A stretch of 64,000 bases of DNA from an uncultured Christensenella sp. (GTDB lineage: Bacteria; Bacillota; Clostridia; Christensenellales; UBA1750): the NCBI GenBank assembly GCA_905193155.1, contig CAJJNQ010000005.1:6814-70813 (forward strand), given 5' to 3'. Below the pieces are notes generated by a model that ran no database searches, was not told the DNA's origin, and saw only the letters and a list, made by a program, of their open reading frames with translations. Positions 18,868 through 29,409 of this stretch are shown here, one piece after another. Numbering within the stretch: the stretch's first letter is position 1; the number at the start of each line of letters is the position of its first letter. Position numbers and translations under genes: made by a program.

Positions 18868-20409
18868 ATGTCCCAGACACAGCATCAGACCGTTCTTGTG
18901 CTCGATTTCGGGGGACAGTACAATCAGCTCATTGCGCGCCGCGTGCGTGACGAGGGCGTGTACTGCGAGATGATCCCCGGCGGATCGTCTATCGAACGCA
19001 TTCGTTCCAAAAACCCGATGGGCATCATTCTCACCGGCGGCCCCAACAGCGTTTACGCCGAAGGCGCGCCCCGCTGCACGCCCGAAATTTTTGAACTGGG
19101 CATCCCCGTGCTCGGCATCTGCTATGGCATGCAGCTGATGACTGTGATGCTGGGCGGCGAGGTTCGCTCCGCCTCCCTCAAAGAATACGGCCAGACGGAT
19201 ATCACGCTTTCGGACTGCGCGCTGTTCGACGGCATTGCGGGCACTTCCCGCTGCTGGATGAGTCATACCGATCAGGCGGCCGTACTGCCCGAAGGCTTCC
19301 GCGCCATCGCCTCCACCTCCACCTGCCCCATCGCGGCCATTGCCAACGAAGAAAAGAAGTTCTACGGCGTGCAGTTCCACCCGGAAGTGCAGCACACCGA
19401 GCACGGCACTGAGATGCTGCGCAACTTTCTCTACAACGTCTGCAAGCTGAATGGCGACTGGTCCATGCCCCAATATGTAGAAGAGACCGTCGCGGCGCTG
19501 CGCAAGAAGATCGGCTCCGGCCGCGTGCTGTGCGCTCTTTCCGGCGGTGTGGACAGCGCAGTTTGCGCCGCGCTGCTCAATCGTGCGGTGGGCAAGCAGC
19601 TCACCTGTGTATTCCTGGATATCGGCTTGATGCGCAAGGACGAGCCGGAACAGGTCGAGGATCTGTTCCGCAATCAGTTTGACATCGATCTGATCTGCAT
19701 CGACGCGAGCGAGCAGTTTCTCACCGCGCTGGCCGGTGTTTCCGAGCCGGAAAAGAAGCGCAAGATCATCGGCGAGCAGTTCATCCGCGTGTTCGAGCAA
19801 GCCTCCAAGAAAATCGGCAAGGTTGATTATCTGGCGCAGGGCACGATCTACCCCGATGTGATCGAATCCGGCACCGGCACGGCGGCAACCATCAAGAGCC
19901 ACCACAATGTGGGCGGCCTGCCCGACGTGATCGACTTCAAGGAGATCATCGAACCGCTGCGCGACCTGTTCAAGGACGAGGTTCGCCGTCTGGGTCTGGA
20001 GCTCGGTCTGCCGGAGGACATGGTTTGGCGTCAGCCCTTCCCCGGCCCCGGCCTTGCGGTGCGCATCATCGGCGACATCACCCGCGAAAAGATCGCCATT
20101 CTCAAAGAGGCTGACGCGATTTTCCGCGAGGAAGTCGCCAAAGCCGGTCTTTCCCGCGACATCAACCAGTATTTCGCCGTGCTGACCAATATGCGCTCCG
20201 TCGGCGTGATGGGCGACGGCCGCACCTACGATTACACCGTCGCGCTGCGCGCCGTCAACACCGTCGATTTCATGACGGTGGATTGGTCCCGCATCCCCTA
20301 CGACGTGCTGGCCCGCACCTCTGCGCGCATCGTCAACGAGGTTCCCTCGGTCAACCGTGTCGTCTACGACATCACGACCAAGCCCCCGGCAACCATCGAG
20401 TGGGAGTAA
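18868..20409 (+). CDS. guaA: GMP synthase (glutamine-hydrolysing)
   Basis: ORF 18814..20409. ATG at 18868 ([27 protein letters not shown]) with GGGAGG at 18855..18860. [11 protein letters not shown]-loop. C-terminus IEWE. Confidence 0.95.
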   Translation: MSQTQHQTVLVLDFGGQYNQLIARRVRDEGVYCEMIPGGSSIERIRSKNPMGIILTGGPNSVYAEGAPRCTPEIFELGIPVLGICYGMQLMTVMLGGEVRSASLKEYGQTDITLSDCALFDGIAGTSRCWMSHTDQAAVLPEGFRAIASTSTCPIAAIANEEKKFYGVQFHPEVQHTEHGTEMLRNFLYNVCKLNGDWSMPQYVEETVAALRKKIGSGRVLCALSGGVDSAVCAALLNRAVGKQLTCVFLDIGLMRKDEPEQVEDLFRNQFDIDLICIDASEQFLTALAGVSEPEKKRKIIGEQFIRVFEQASKKIGKVDYLAQGTIYPDVIESGTGTAATIKSHHNVGGLPDVIDFKEIIEPLRDLFKDEVRRLGLELGLPEDMVWRQPFPGPGLAVRIIGDITREKIAILKEADAIFREEVAKAGLSRDINQYFAVLTNMRSVGVMGDGRTYDYTVALRAVNTVDFMTVDWSRIPYDVLARTSARIVNEVPSVNRVVYDITTKPPATIEWE

Positions 20410-20430
20410 GATTTACGCACGATTAAGCAC

Positions 20431-20477
20431 AAAACCCTGCAGCAGCTGATGTACTGCCGCAGGGTTTTGTGCTTTTT
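20431..20477 (+). terminator. guaA terminator
   Basis: aaaaccctgc (20431..20440) pairs with gcagggtttt (20459..20468), followed by gtgcttttt. Confidence 0.75.
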
Positions 20478-20520
20478 GCTTTCATCCAAATCTGATTGAA
20501 CGCACGTAGTACTTGCAAAT

Positions 20521-20557
20521 GCAAAATAGACGGCGTCGGATAAATCCGACGCCGTCT
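20521..20557 (-). terminator. Terminator after the peptide ABC operon
   Basis: agacggcgtcgga (20528..20540) pairs with tccgacgccgtct (20545..20557), 13 bp with a 4-nt loop. attttgc follows on the minus strand. Confidence 0.75.
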
Positions 20558-20572
20558 TAGTTTTACCCGATC

Positions 20573-22459
20573 TTATTCTTCGATCGTGCAGTACATGAAG
20601 TACTTGTAACCCAGGGGGTTAGAGTAGAAGCCATGCACGTTGCTGTCGAGCATATAAATATCGGTGTAGAAGTACAGGGGCACGATGCAGCCGGTCTGCA
20701 TCAGCATATCCTCAGCGATGTGCATCATGGCGTAACGGTTTGCAGAATCGGTGCAGGACTTGATGGAGGAAATCAGCACATCATAGGTCTGCGCCCAAGT
20801 GCCATTGGTCACGTTGACGTCATAACCGTAGGGAGTCAGATCCAGGTTGTAGATCGCAACATCGGCGTTCGCGCCCTTGCCGAACTGAACATCATTGTTG
20901 CCGGAAGCCGTGGTCCACATATCCAGGAAGCAGATCGGGTCGTTGTAGTCGGCCACCCAGCCGTTACGGGCGATGGAGTAATCGCCGTTCTTACGGGTGT
21001 TGAGGAAGGTCGCCCACTCCTGGTTCTCCAGGTTCATGGTGATGCCGACAGCGGCCAGCGCAGACTGCAGGTACTCACCGGTGGCCTTGTGGCTTTCACC
21101 GGTGTTGTACAGGTAAGTCAACGTGGGGAAATCGGTGAACTGCTGGGTCGCCTCGTCGAAGGTGTAGTACTTCTTCAGGGTCTCCACAGCGGTGTTAAAG
21201 TTGGACTCGAAGGAATCCTTGGACACATCGTAGTAGCCGTCGAAGGCGTCGTTGTGGCCGGCGTTCTGGTAGAACTGAGAACCATCGGCATCCGTCATGC
21301 CCATCGAAACGAAGGAGGAAGCGGGAACCTGACCGGCCTGGCCGATTTCCTCAACGATGTAGTTGCGGTCCAAGAGCAGGCCGATGGCGTTGCGGATCTC
21401 TTCCTTAGCCTTCTCGGCGTCCGCGCCGGTCAGCGTGGAGGAAGCGGGCAGGATTTCTTCATTGATGTTCCAGCAAACATAGTACGTACCAATCTGGCCG
21501 GCGACAACGAACTCATCCGGATATTCTTCCTTCAGGGAAGCGATCTCATTGGTGGGAACATCGTCGATCAGCTGCCAAGAACGGTTCTCGAAGTTGGAGA
21601 GCATGTTGTTGGCGTCATCGGACAGATAGAAGTTGATCGTGTCCATGGTGATGGCATCCGCATTATAGTAGTTGGGGTTCTTCTGCAGGGAGATCACACT
21701 GTTGTGATCCCAAGCAGCCATGGTGTACGGGCCGTTGCAGACATAGGTGGAAGGATCGGTCGCCCAGGCTTCGTTGGCCACAACATCCTCACGAACGGGG
21801 AAGTAGGCCGGGAAGGCGAGCAGCTCATTCCAGTAAGCAACTGTGTTGGACAGAGTCACCTGGAGGGTCTTGTCGTCCAGAGCAACGACATTCAGCTCCG
21901 CATCGGGGTTGACGTAGTTGCCTGCGTCGTCGGTCGCCCAAACATCCGCATAGCCGTCCACGACTTCGAACATGTAGCCGTAGTCCGCAGCCAGCGCGGG
22001 GGAAGCAGCGCGCTTCCAGGCAAAGGCGAAGTCACCGGCAGTAACAGGCTGGCCGTCAGACCAAGTCATGCCATCGCGCAGGGTGTAGGTGTAGGTCACA
22101 GTGCCGTCCTCGTTGGTCACGCCTTCAGGCAGCTCAGTGGCTGCATCTGCAACGATCTCGAGGTTGCCGTTTTCGTCCTGTGCCCACTTGGCCAGGCCGC
22201 TGAACAGGTGCGCCGTCAGGGTCGCGCCGTCCACGGCGGAGTTGAGCGCAGGATCAATGGTATCCGGTTCGGAAGCCAAGCAGACATTGATGACACTGGG
22301 TTCCGCATTATCTGCGGGAGCGTCAGCAGATTCGGCAGGCGCTTCCGCGCTTTCAGCGGGAGCATCCGTGGGCGCTGCGCTTTCGGCAGGCGTGCTGCTG
22401 CACGCTGCCAGCGAGAGCACCATAGCAAGAGCCAACACAAGAGCAAGGATCTTCTTCAT
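20573..22459 (-). CDS. Peptide/nickel ABC transporter substrate-binding lipoprotein (SBP family 5)
   Basis: 628 aa. Lipobox LSLAACSS, Ala/Glu/Pro linker, then an OppA/DppA-like body. Confidence 0.85.
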   Translation of the reverse strand: MKKILALVLALAMVLSLAACSSTPAESAAPTDAPAESAEAPAESADAPADNAEPSVINVCLASEPDTIDPALNSAVDGATLTAHLFSGLAKWAQDENGNLEIVADAATELPEGVTNEDGTVTYTYTLRDGMTWSDGQPVTAGDFAFAWKRAASPALAADYGYMFEVVDGYADVWATDDAGNYVNPDAELNVVALDDKTLQVTLSNTVAYWNELLAFPAYFPVREDVVANEAWATDPSTYVCNGPYTMAAWDHNSVISLQKNPNYYNADAITMDTINFYLSDDANNMLSNFENRSWQLIDDVPTNEIASLKEEYPDEFVVAGQIGTYYVCWNINEEILPASSTLTGADAEKAKEEIRNAIGLLLDRNYIVEEIGQAGQVPASSFVSMGMTDADGSQFYQNAGHNDAFDGYYDVSKDSFESNFNTAVETLKKYYTFDEATQQFTDFPTLTYLYNTGESHKATGEYLQSALAAVGITMNLENQEWATFLNTRKNGDYSIARNGWVADYNDPICFLDMWTTASGNNDVQFGKGANADVAIYNLDLTPYGYDVNVTNGTWAQTYDVLISSIKSCTDSANRYAMMHIAEDMLMQTGCIVPLYFYTDIYMLDSNVHGFYSNPLGYKYFMYCTIEE

Positions 22460-22512
22460 GGAAAACTCATCCTTTCGTTTTTTATCTTAAATATGCTCAT
22501 CGCATATTCAGA

Positions 22513-23502
22513 TCAGTTGATTTCGTTCACCTTGTGGCAGGCAACGAAGTGGCCGGAGGAAACCTCCTTGAATTCCGGCATACTTTCCGCGCACTGCTCA
22601 CCGGCATAGGGGCAGCGCGTGCGGAACGGGCAGCCGCTGGGCGCGTTGAGCGGGCTGGGAATATCGCCCGAGAGCACGATGCGCTGGTTGGCGCGCGCGA
22701 TCTTGGGATCCGGAACCGGCACGGCAGACAGCAGGGACTTGGAATACGGGTGCAGCGGATGATCGTAGATCTCCGAAGCACTTGCAAGCTCCACCATCTT
22801 GCCCAGATACATCACAGCGATGCGGTCGCTGATGTGACGCACCACGAGCAGATCGTGCGCGATGAAAAGATAGGTCAGCCCCAGCTGCTGCTGAAGCTCC
22901 GCAAACATATTGATGACCTGCGCCTGAATCGAAACGTCCAGAGCGGATACCGGCTCGTCGCAGACGACAAAGTCGGGGTTGACAGCAAGCGCTCGTGCGA
23001 TGCCGATGCGCTGACGCTGACCGCCGGAGAACTCGTGCGCATAGCGCGCCGCGTGTTCACTGTTCAGGCCGACATAGCTCATCAGCTCCAGAATGCGTTC
23101 CTGACGCTCCTTCTTGGAAGAATAGAGCTTATGGACATCCAGCGGCTCGCCGATGATATCCGCAACCGTCATGCGGGGATTCAGCGAAGAATACGGATCC
23201 TGAAACACCATCGAAGCCTTCTGGCGGAAGGCCTTGATATCGTCCTTCGTCACGATCTTCCTGCCGTGGTAGTAAATCTCGCCCGCCGTGGGCTTGTAAA
23301 GGTGCAGGATTGTGCGGCCGACGGTGGTCTTGCCGCAGCCGGATTCGCCGACCAGACCCAGCGTCTCGCCCGCTTTGATGGAGAAGCTCACATCGTCCAC
23401 GGCCTTGAGGGGCTTGGTGCGGAACAAACCCATATTGATATTGAAGTATTCTTTCAGGTTTCTTACATCGATGATCGGCTGTGCGTTTTCATTCTTGTTC
23501 AT
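22513..23502 (-). CDS. Oligopeptide/dipeptide ABC transporter ATP-binding protein (OppF-like)
   Basis: 329 aa. Walker [12 protein letters not shown], signature [16 protein letters not shown]-terminal oligopeptide-type extension with Cys pairs. Confidence 0.9.
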   Translation of the reverse strand: MNKNENAQPIIDVRNLKEYFNINMGLFRTKPLKAVDDVSFSIKAGETLGLVGESGCGKTTVGRTILHLYKPTAGEIYYHGRKIVTKDDIKAFRQKASMVFQDPYSSLNPRMTVADIIGEPLDVHKLYSSKKERQERILELMSYVGLNSEHAARYAHEFSGGQRQRIGIARALAVNPDFVVCDEPVSALDVSIQAQVINMFAELQQQLGLTYLFIAHDLLVVRHISDRIAVMYLGKMVELASASEIYDHPLHPYSKSLLSAVPVPDPKIARANQRIVLSGDIPSPLNAPSGCPFRTRCPYAGEQCAESMPEFKEVSSGHFVACHKVNEIN

Positions 23503-24539
23503 TTTTCAGCACCGCCTTTCTCTTCAGGGTTCTCCTCTGCTGCATCATCCAGCGAGATTGTGCCGTCCTCCACGCCCTTTTTGACGTTCATCCAACAGGC
23601 AGCCATATGATCCTGATTGATGACCATGCGCTCGGCGCAATGGTTCAGGCAGATCTTCATGGCGTTTTCGCAGCGCGGGGCGAAGGGGCAACCGACCGGC
23701 ATATTCAGCAGATCGATGGGTGTGCCCTTGATGGGTTCCAGCTTCATGCCGACGTTTTCGTTGGAGGGAATGGAACGCAGCAAGCCCTTGGTATACTCAT
23801 GAGCAGGGTTATAAAAGATCTCATCTGCCGTGCCCTGCTCGCAAATGGAACCGGCATACATGACAATGACTTCGTCGCACATCTGCGCCACAACGCCAAG
23901 GTCGTGGGTAATCAAGATGATCGCCATGCCGAGTTCCTTTTGCAGGGACTTCATCAGGTCGAGGATCTGCGCCTGGATTGTGACATCCAGCGCGGTGGTC
24001 GGCTCGTCGGCAATCAGGATATCCGGCTCGCACGCCAGCGCCATGGCGATCATGACGCGCTGGCGCATGCCGCCGGAAAACTCGAAGGGATACTGCTTCA
24101 TGCGTTTTTCCGGCTCGTTGACATTGACCAAGCGGAGCATTTCCACCGCGCGGTCATACGCCTGCTTGCGGTTGCGCTTGGTGTGCAGCATGATGGCCTC
24201 CATCAGCTGACGGCCGATGGTATAGGTCGGATTGAGCGAGGTCATGGGATCCTGAAAGATGATGGAAATGCGGTTGCCGCGGATGGTTTTCATCACCTTT
24301 TCGCCGGAACCGACCAGCTCCTGCCCGTCGAACTTGATCGAGCCGGAGGTGATTTTACCCGTTCCGGCAAGAATCTGCATGACGGAATAGGCCGTGACCG
24401 ATTTGCCCGATCCGGATTCGCCCACGATGCCGAGCACCTTGCCCCGCTCGAGGAAGAAGGACACGCCGTTAACCGCCTTTACCTCGCCCGCATCGGTGAA
24501 AAAGGAGGTGTGCAGGTCGTTGACTTCAAGCAAAGACAT
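23499..24539 (-). CDS. Oligopeptide/dipeptide ABC transporter ATP-binding protein (OppD-like)
   Basis: 346 aa. Walker [27 protein letters not shown]. 4-nt overlap with the OppF-like gene. Confidence 0.9.
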   Translation of the reverse strand: MSLLEVNDLHTSFFTDAGEVKAVNGVSFFLERGKVLGIVGESGSGKSVTAYSVMQILAGTGKITSGSIKFDGQELVGSGEKVMKTIRGNRISIIFQDPMTSLNPTYTIGRQLMEAIMLHTKRNRKQAYDRAVEMLRLVNVNEPEKRMKQYPFEFSGGMRQRVMIAMALACEPDILIADEPTTALDVTIQAQILDLMKSLQKELGMAIILITHDLGVVAQMCDEVIVMYAGSICEQGTADEIFYNPAHEYTKGLLRSIPSNENVGMKLEPIKGTPIDLLNMPVGCPFAPRCENAMKICLNHCAERMVINQDHMAACWMNVKKGVEDGTISLDDAAEENPEEKGGAEK

Positions 24540-24557
24540 GATCTTTTCCTCCCTTCA

Positions 24558-25619
24558 TCAGCCGTTGAGCTTGGGGTCGAATGCATCGCGCAATCCGTCG
24601 CCGAAGAGGTTCAGAGAAAGCACGATCAGGGAAATCACAACAGCGGGAATCACCATTCGGTACGGATAAGAAGAAATGCCGTTCAGCGCATCCGACGCCA
24701 GAGAGCCAAGAGATGGCATCGGCGCATTGACACCCAGACCCAGGAAGGAGAGGAAGCTCTCCGTAAAGATCGCATTGGGAATCTGCAGGGCCGTCGAAAT
24801 GATGATGACGCTGATGCAATTGGGAATCAGATGCCGCGTGATGATCCATCTGCCGGAAGCGCCGGTCGCCTGTGCGGCAAGGACATATTCCTGCTCTTTG
24901 AGGGAAAGAATCTGTCCGCGGATTAGTCGGGACATCGAAACCCAGTACAGCACACCAAAGACAATAAACAAACTGATGATGTTGCTGCCGATCTGCTCCA
25001 GCACAGTGCCTTCCAGAGAATTGCCGATGGCGACCTTCAGCACCGAAGCCAGCAGAATGACCATCAGCATGTCGGGCAAAGAATAAATAATATCCACGAT
25101 GCGCATGATGAACAGATCAACCTTGCCGCCGCAGTAACCGGCGATGGAGCCGATCGTCATGCCGACGATGAGCACGATGATGCTGGCAAAGAAGCCTACC
25201 GCAAGGGAAATTCGCGTGCCGTAAACCACGCGGATGAAATAATCGCGTCCTGCCGAGTCCGTGCCGAAGATATGCGGGAATACTTTCTCCCCGGCATCAA
25301 TACGCACCTGTTCGCTCTTGCCGTATTCAAACGGCGCAAGGTTTTTAAACGAGGCATCCACGGGCTTGCCGGGCGTCACGCCCAACTGCTGCTCGTAGGA
25401 ATAGGGCCAGAACATCGGGAGAATGATCGCAGCCAGCGTAATAATCAGCACGATAATCAAGCTGACCATTGCGACTCTGTTTTTCATCAAGCGTCTGCAC
25501 CCATCCTTGAAAAAAGTACTGGATGGCCGCATTTGCACCATATAGGCTTTTTCTTCATCCGTTGCCGGAGTAAACGCATCCAGATCAACATGAAAGCTGA
25601 ACGGCTTTTTCTTCATCAT
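24558..25619 (-). CDS. Oligopeptide ABC transporter permease (OppC-like)
   Basis: 353 aa. N-terminal OppC-type extension, six TM-like segments, EAA-region AAQATGASGRWIITRHLIPN. Confidence 0.85.
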   Translation of the reverse strand: MMKKKPFSFHVDLDAFTPATDEEKAYMVQMRPSSTFFKDGCRRLMKNRVAMVSLIIVLIITLAAIILPMFWPYSYEQQLGVTPGKPVDASFKNLAPFEYGKSEQVRIDAGEKVFPHIFGTDSAGRDYFIRVVYGTRISLAVGFFASIIVLIVGMTIGSIAGYCGGKVDLFIMRIVDIIYSLPDMLMVILLASVLKVAIGNSLEGTVLEQIGSNIISLFIVFGVLYWVSMSRLIRGQILSLKEQEYVLAAQATGASGRWIITRHLIPNCISVIIISTALQIPNAIFTESFLSFLGLGVNAPMPSLGSLASDALNGISSYPYRMVIPAVVISLIVLSLNLFGDGLRDAFDPKLNG

Positions 25620-25631
25620 CTTTCTGCCTCC

Positions 25632-26495
25632 TTACTCCAGCTCGATCCGAGGATCGACGATTTTATAAAGAATATCGCTGACCAGATTCATGACGATAAC
25701 CAGAATTGCCAGCACAATGGTCGTGCCCATAATCAGCGTGTAGTCGCGGCCGGTAATGCTATTGACAAACGCACGGCCGATGCCGGGAACCGCAAAAATC
25801 TGCTCCACGACCAGCGAACCCGTGACGATATAGGCAATCATCGGGCCGGCATAGGTGATGACGGGGATGAGAGAATTCTTCAAAGCATGACCGAAAATGA
25901 TCCGGAAGCCCGGAACGCCCTTGGCTCTAGCCGTGCGGATATAATCCTGCCCCAGCACGTCCAGCATGGACGAGCGGGTCAAACGGGTGATATAGGCCAT
26001 CGGGTACAGGCCGAGGGTCACGATCGGGAGTATCAAGCCCGTCGTTGTGGAACCGTTTGCCGGCAACCAGCCGAGCTTGACGGAGAACACAATCAGCAGC
26101 AGCGAACCCATAATGAACGATGGCATCGAAACAAATGCAGTCGTAATCACCATGATGACTTTATCAATGATCCTGTTGCGGCGAAGCGCGGCAACCGCGC
26201 CGAATACGATGCCGAGAATCATCGCGCCGAAAGCTGCAATCAAGCCGAGCTTGGCAGAGGTCTTCATGCCGTCGCTGATGATATCGACGACCTGACGGCC
26301 GCGTTGCTTCAGGGACGGGCCGAAATCGAAGCGGGTTACAATATCCTTAAGATAGGTTCCATACTGCTCCAAAAGCGGCTTATCCAAACCATATTTGGCC
26401 TCCATGGCCGCCTGAACGGCAGGCGTCGTCGCCTTTTCTCCGACGAAAGGACCGCCGGGAACAGCACGCCAATTTCCAACAGAAAAACGCAGCCC
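25632..26495 (-). pseudogene. OppB-like permease gene, 5'-truncated: missing about 28-30 N-terminal codons (TM1). First usable start is ATG at 26405
   Basis: Track ORF 25632..26405 starts MEAKYGLDKP. In-frame upstream codons still read ...RAVPGGPFVGEKATTPAVQAA (the OppB PGGPF region). They run into an in-frame TGA at 26498..26496 inside the upstream terminator hairpin. No ATG, GTG or TTG lies in between. Confidence 0.55.
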
Positions 26496-26527
26496 TCAGT
26501 CATCATACCGAAGGCTGCGTTTTTTTG
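26481..26527 (-). terminator. Terminator closing the pilus operon
   Basis: acgcagcc (26487..26494) pairs with ggctgcgt (26513..26520). T-runs on both strands (tttttct on the minus strand). Confidence 0.75.
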
Positions 26528-26564
26528 CTTTATTTGCATTCTGACAAACCAGCGTTTTCTTCGC

Positions 26565-27209
26565 TCACGCGTACGCGCGCTCTTCGAGCACGCAGCGCAC
26601 CGTCACGCGGGATTGGCCACCGACTGTGCAGGTAAACAGCGTCATATCCCAATCCCCGCTCGTCATCTTTTCAACCGCAAAAGGTGAAAGAATCTCCATC
26701 TCAGCGGTTCTATATCGAAATACATTTCCGTCCATGTCTGTGAAGATTACTTCTTCACCCTGCGGCAGGTCTTTCAGCCGTCCAAAATGACTGCGGTAGT
26801 TATGAGCAGCGATCACCATGTTGTTCAGATAGACAGAACCCGCATAACGGCAAGGAGCAGTTCTCAAATTGGAATAACTCCATTCACCGATCACAGGCAG
26901 ATCCAGCGACAAAGCCGGTATGGTCAACACACCGCTATATTCCTGACCGTCTACTTCCTCCTGCGGCATATCCATTTCCGGGTTCAGCACATAATCTGGA
27001 ATATAGGCCTCCTCCAATGACTCGCCGGATGGGAGATCAGGCAGGCTCATATTGATGTGCTCCTGAATATCGGAGTTCAGCTGCTCGAGAACCCGTTCGG
27101 ATGAATCCCCCGCCGCCTTATCGCACCAAAGATTATAAGCCGCAAGAAGGAGCGCCGCCGTCAGCAGCAGCAGCCCCATCCCCATGCAGATCTTGCTTTG
27201 TTTACTCAT
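26565..27209 (-). CDS. Sortase (transpeptidase), class not assigned
   Basis: 214 aa. N-terminal TM, VIAAHNYRSHFGRL (catalytic His region), MTLFTCT (TLxTC-type Cys), SRVTVRC (Arg). 8-nt overlap with the upstream pilin gene. Confidence 0.8.
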   Translation of the reverse strand: MSKQSKICMGMGLLLLTAALLLAAYNLWCDKAAGDSSERVLEQLNSDIQEHINMSLPDLPSGESLEEAYIPDYVLNPEMDMPQEEVDGQEYSGVLTIPALSLDLPVIGEWSYSNLRTAPCRYAGSVYLNNMVIAAHNYRSHFGRLKDLPQGEEVIFTDMDGNVFRYRTAEMEILSPFAVEKMTSGDWDMTLFTCTVGGQSRVTVRCVLEERAYA

Positions 27210-28458
27210 GATCCCTATTCTTTCTCGAAGCAGTTCCCACGATCAAAAAAGCCAGCCCCGTCACAGCGAGGATTGGTACCGGCCACCAGAGCACACCTGT
27301 CTGAGGCAGCTTCTGCTTGCTCAGCATATTGGTGAGCACAAATGTATCGCCATTCAGCCGAACAGCGGATCGATAGCCGGAAACCGCAGCCTCGCGAATC
27401 GTCCAGCTGATTTCCTTACCGCTTTGATCTACCTTGGGAAGCTTATCCCATGTGTACTGCCACCCGTTTGCTTCACTCAAGGTTCGGGTTTCAAAAGCAA
27501 CGTCGTTTTGCAGCAGCGTCACCTGCACCGATTCCGGACGGCGATTCTCATACCCCTGATCATCCCATACTTTCAGCACCGTCCGCGTGACGGTATCTCC
27601 CGACGGCGGATCGGGCGCATAGGTATTTGTGACGGTAAAGGTGATCCCCTCGGCACTGATGAGCACCGTGTAATGGGGAAGCTCCTTTTCCACCACACTC
27701 CAGATGATCTTGGAACCGTCCCGGTTATATTCGGGAAGCTTTCCCCAGAAATGCCGCCAGCTGTTCGCCTCGCTGAGGATCACTGTGTCGTATACAATGT
27801 TGTCCTTGAGAAGCTGAACTGTGACTTGCTGCGGACGGAGCTGAGGAATATCCTTCTTCCATACCTTCAGAACCTTGCGGTCGACCGTCTGTTCGGACGG
27901 TACAGGCGGATTTTCCGTCTGCGTATGCTTGGGAACTGCGGTCACATCGTATGACCAAACGTCGCTTTCCTTCTGGGGATTGGGCAAAGAAACCAGAAAC
28001 GGCTCGGTGATGTAGGTAAAACCGTCCTTCACCAGCTTCCGGCCGATAACCAGATACAGGCCCGGCTTCAAGCCCGCCTGCTGATTCGGGAAACGGAGGA
28101 TCCCCTGCCCGCCCGTCTTTCCGCTATCCAAGGGCTTGAGTTGATCCCGATCCGCGTACACAGCGAGTGTTTCCGCAAGGCTTTTCCACGCATCGGCAGA
28201 TAGACCGTTGACCGAGACAGGATACTTCCGGAAATCCCCCGCAAGGGAAAACTCCGCATAGGCATCCACATCGGCCACAAAATACAGGTCAAAAGGCACA
28301 TCTGATACCGGTTTTTTGCTGTGCCTGAATTCAATCGTGAGGCGCACGTCCCTGTTCAGGTCGATCACAGCGGCTGCAAACGTCTGAGCAGGGAACAGGG
28401 CGAGCACGCACAGCAAACACAGCAAGCCTGTGATCACTCGGCTACTCAGTTTTCGCAT
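27202..28458 (-). CDS. LPXTG-anchored minor pilin / CnaB-repeat surface protein (LPQTG)
   Basis: ORF 27202..28521. I prefer the ATG at 28458 (MRKLSSRVITGLLCLLCVLALFPAQTFA signal peptide). Two CnaB-like repeats (VLKVWKKDIPQLRPQQVTVQLLKDN..., VLKVWDDQGYENRRPESVQVTLLQND...). C-terminal KLPQTG, then TM, then RKNRDHE. Confidence 0.85.
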   Translation of the reverse strand: MRKLSSRVITGLLCLLCVLALFPAQTFAAAVIDLNRDVRLTIEFRHSKKPVSDVPFDLYFVADVDAYAEFSLAGDFRKYPVSVNGLSADAWKSLAETLAVYADRDQLKPLDSGKTGGQGILRFPNQQAGLKPGLYLVIGRKLVKDGFTYITEPFLVSLPNPQKESDVWSYDVTAVPKHTQTENPPVPSEQTVDRKVLKVWKKDIPQLRPQQVTVQLLKDNIVYDTVILSEANSWRHFWGKLPEYNRDGSKIIWSVVEKELPHYTVLISAEGITFTVTNTYAPDPPSGDTVTRTVLKVWDDQGYENRRPESVQVTLLQNDVAFETRTLSEANGWQYTWDKLPKVDQSGKEISWTIREAAVSGYRSAVRLNGDTFVLTNMLSKQKLPQTGVLWWPVPILAVTGLAFLIVGTASRKNRDHE

Positions 28459-29287
28459 TTTTCTTTCCTCCGTCCGATTTCTTTTTCTTCCCCGATACCA
28501 GCAGGATGAACAGCAGTGCAAGAAGCATCGGCAGGGCTACGGCGGGCGCAACGATCAGGGGATCAATCTCCATGGCGTCCGAAGTGACTCGGATCTCCTC
28601 TGATTCATTTTCCACGCGGTGGCCGCGCACCAGAAGCCGGTGGGAGTTGACGCCGTAAGGCGTGCACGTGACGAGGGTGCACAGATCCTTCCCTTTTTCG
28701 ATTGCCAGTGCGGACAGGTCGTTCGGCTCGACAATCAGGATCTGATCCACTTCATAGGTCATCACTTCGTCCAACACGCGGATCACAAACTTATCCCCTG
28801 CCACCAGCTTATCCAGATTGGTAAAGAGCTTCGCGCTGGGAAGACCGCGATGCCCAGACAGAACGCAGTGGGTGCCTTCCCCCCCTACCGGCAAGCTGGA
28901 CCAGTCCAGATGCCCAACGGCGATCTGAAGCACCTCGTCCTCCGTGCCATGATAGATGGGTAGAGAAATTTGGATGGTCGGGATCTCAATATATCCCATG
29001 ACGCCCGTCCCATTGACGTCAAGGAGTGCATTGTATGTGCTGCGATCGCTTTCGGAAAGGAAGAAGGCCTTGTATCTGCCGGGGAGCGCCGCGTTATACT
29101 CCCTTGCTTCCCCGATCAAGCGGTCGTATTTATCGGCATTGAGGTTTCTCACCTCTTCGGAATAGGTTGCCACCGCCTGGGACGCATGGAAGGAATTCCA
29201 ATAGTCGCTCAAGGAGGGATACAGAAGCAAGGACAGTCCTGCAAAAAACACCAGAATCAGCAGCATCGTTGAGAGTTTTCTTTTCAT
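28442..29287 (-). CDS. Class C (pilus-polymerising) sortase
   Basis: 281 aa. N- and C-terminal TM helices, VLSGHRGLPSAKLF, TLVTCTPYGVNSHRLLVRG. Confidence 0.9.
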   Translation of the reverse strand: MKRKLSTMLLILVFFAGLSLLLYPSLSDYWNSFHASQAVATYSEEVRNLNADKYDRLIGEAREYNAALPGRYKAFFLSESDRSTYNALLDVNGTGVMGYIEIPTIQISLPIYHGTEDEVLQIAVGHLDWSSLPVGGEGTHCVLSGHRGLPSAKLFTNLDKLVAGDKFVIRVLDEVMTYEVDQILIVEPNDLSALAIEKGKDLCTLVTCTPYGVNSHRLLVRGHRVENESEEIRVTSDAMEIDPLIVAPAVALPMLLALLFILLVSGKKKKSDGGKKNAKTE

Positions 29288-29409
29288 TCGCAGGATTCTC
29301 CTTGCTGCTGTAGGGACGGCGCGCGGAAAAACGCTCCGCCCCCTTTGCAGCCATTTTTTGAGGGTTTGCCGGCGCGTCCGCTTTGATCGCGTCAGCGCCC
29401 GCTCATTTT

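Noticed and set aside
26336-26539. 67-aa minus-strand ORF (MQIKQKNAAFG...) between the sortase and the permease
   Set aside because: It reads straight through the pilus-operon terminator hairpin, in a different frame from the OppB-homologous codons. There is no RBS.
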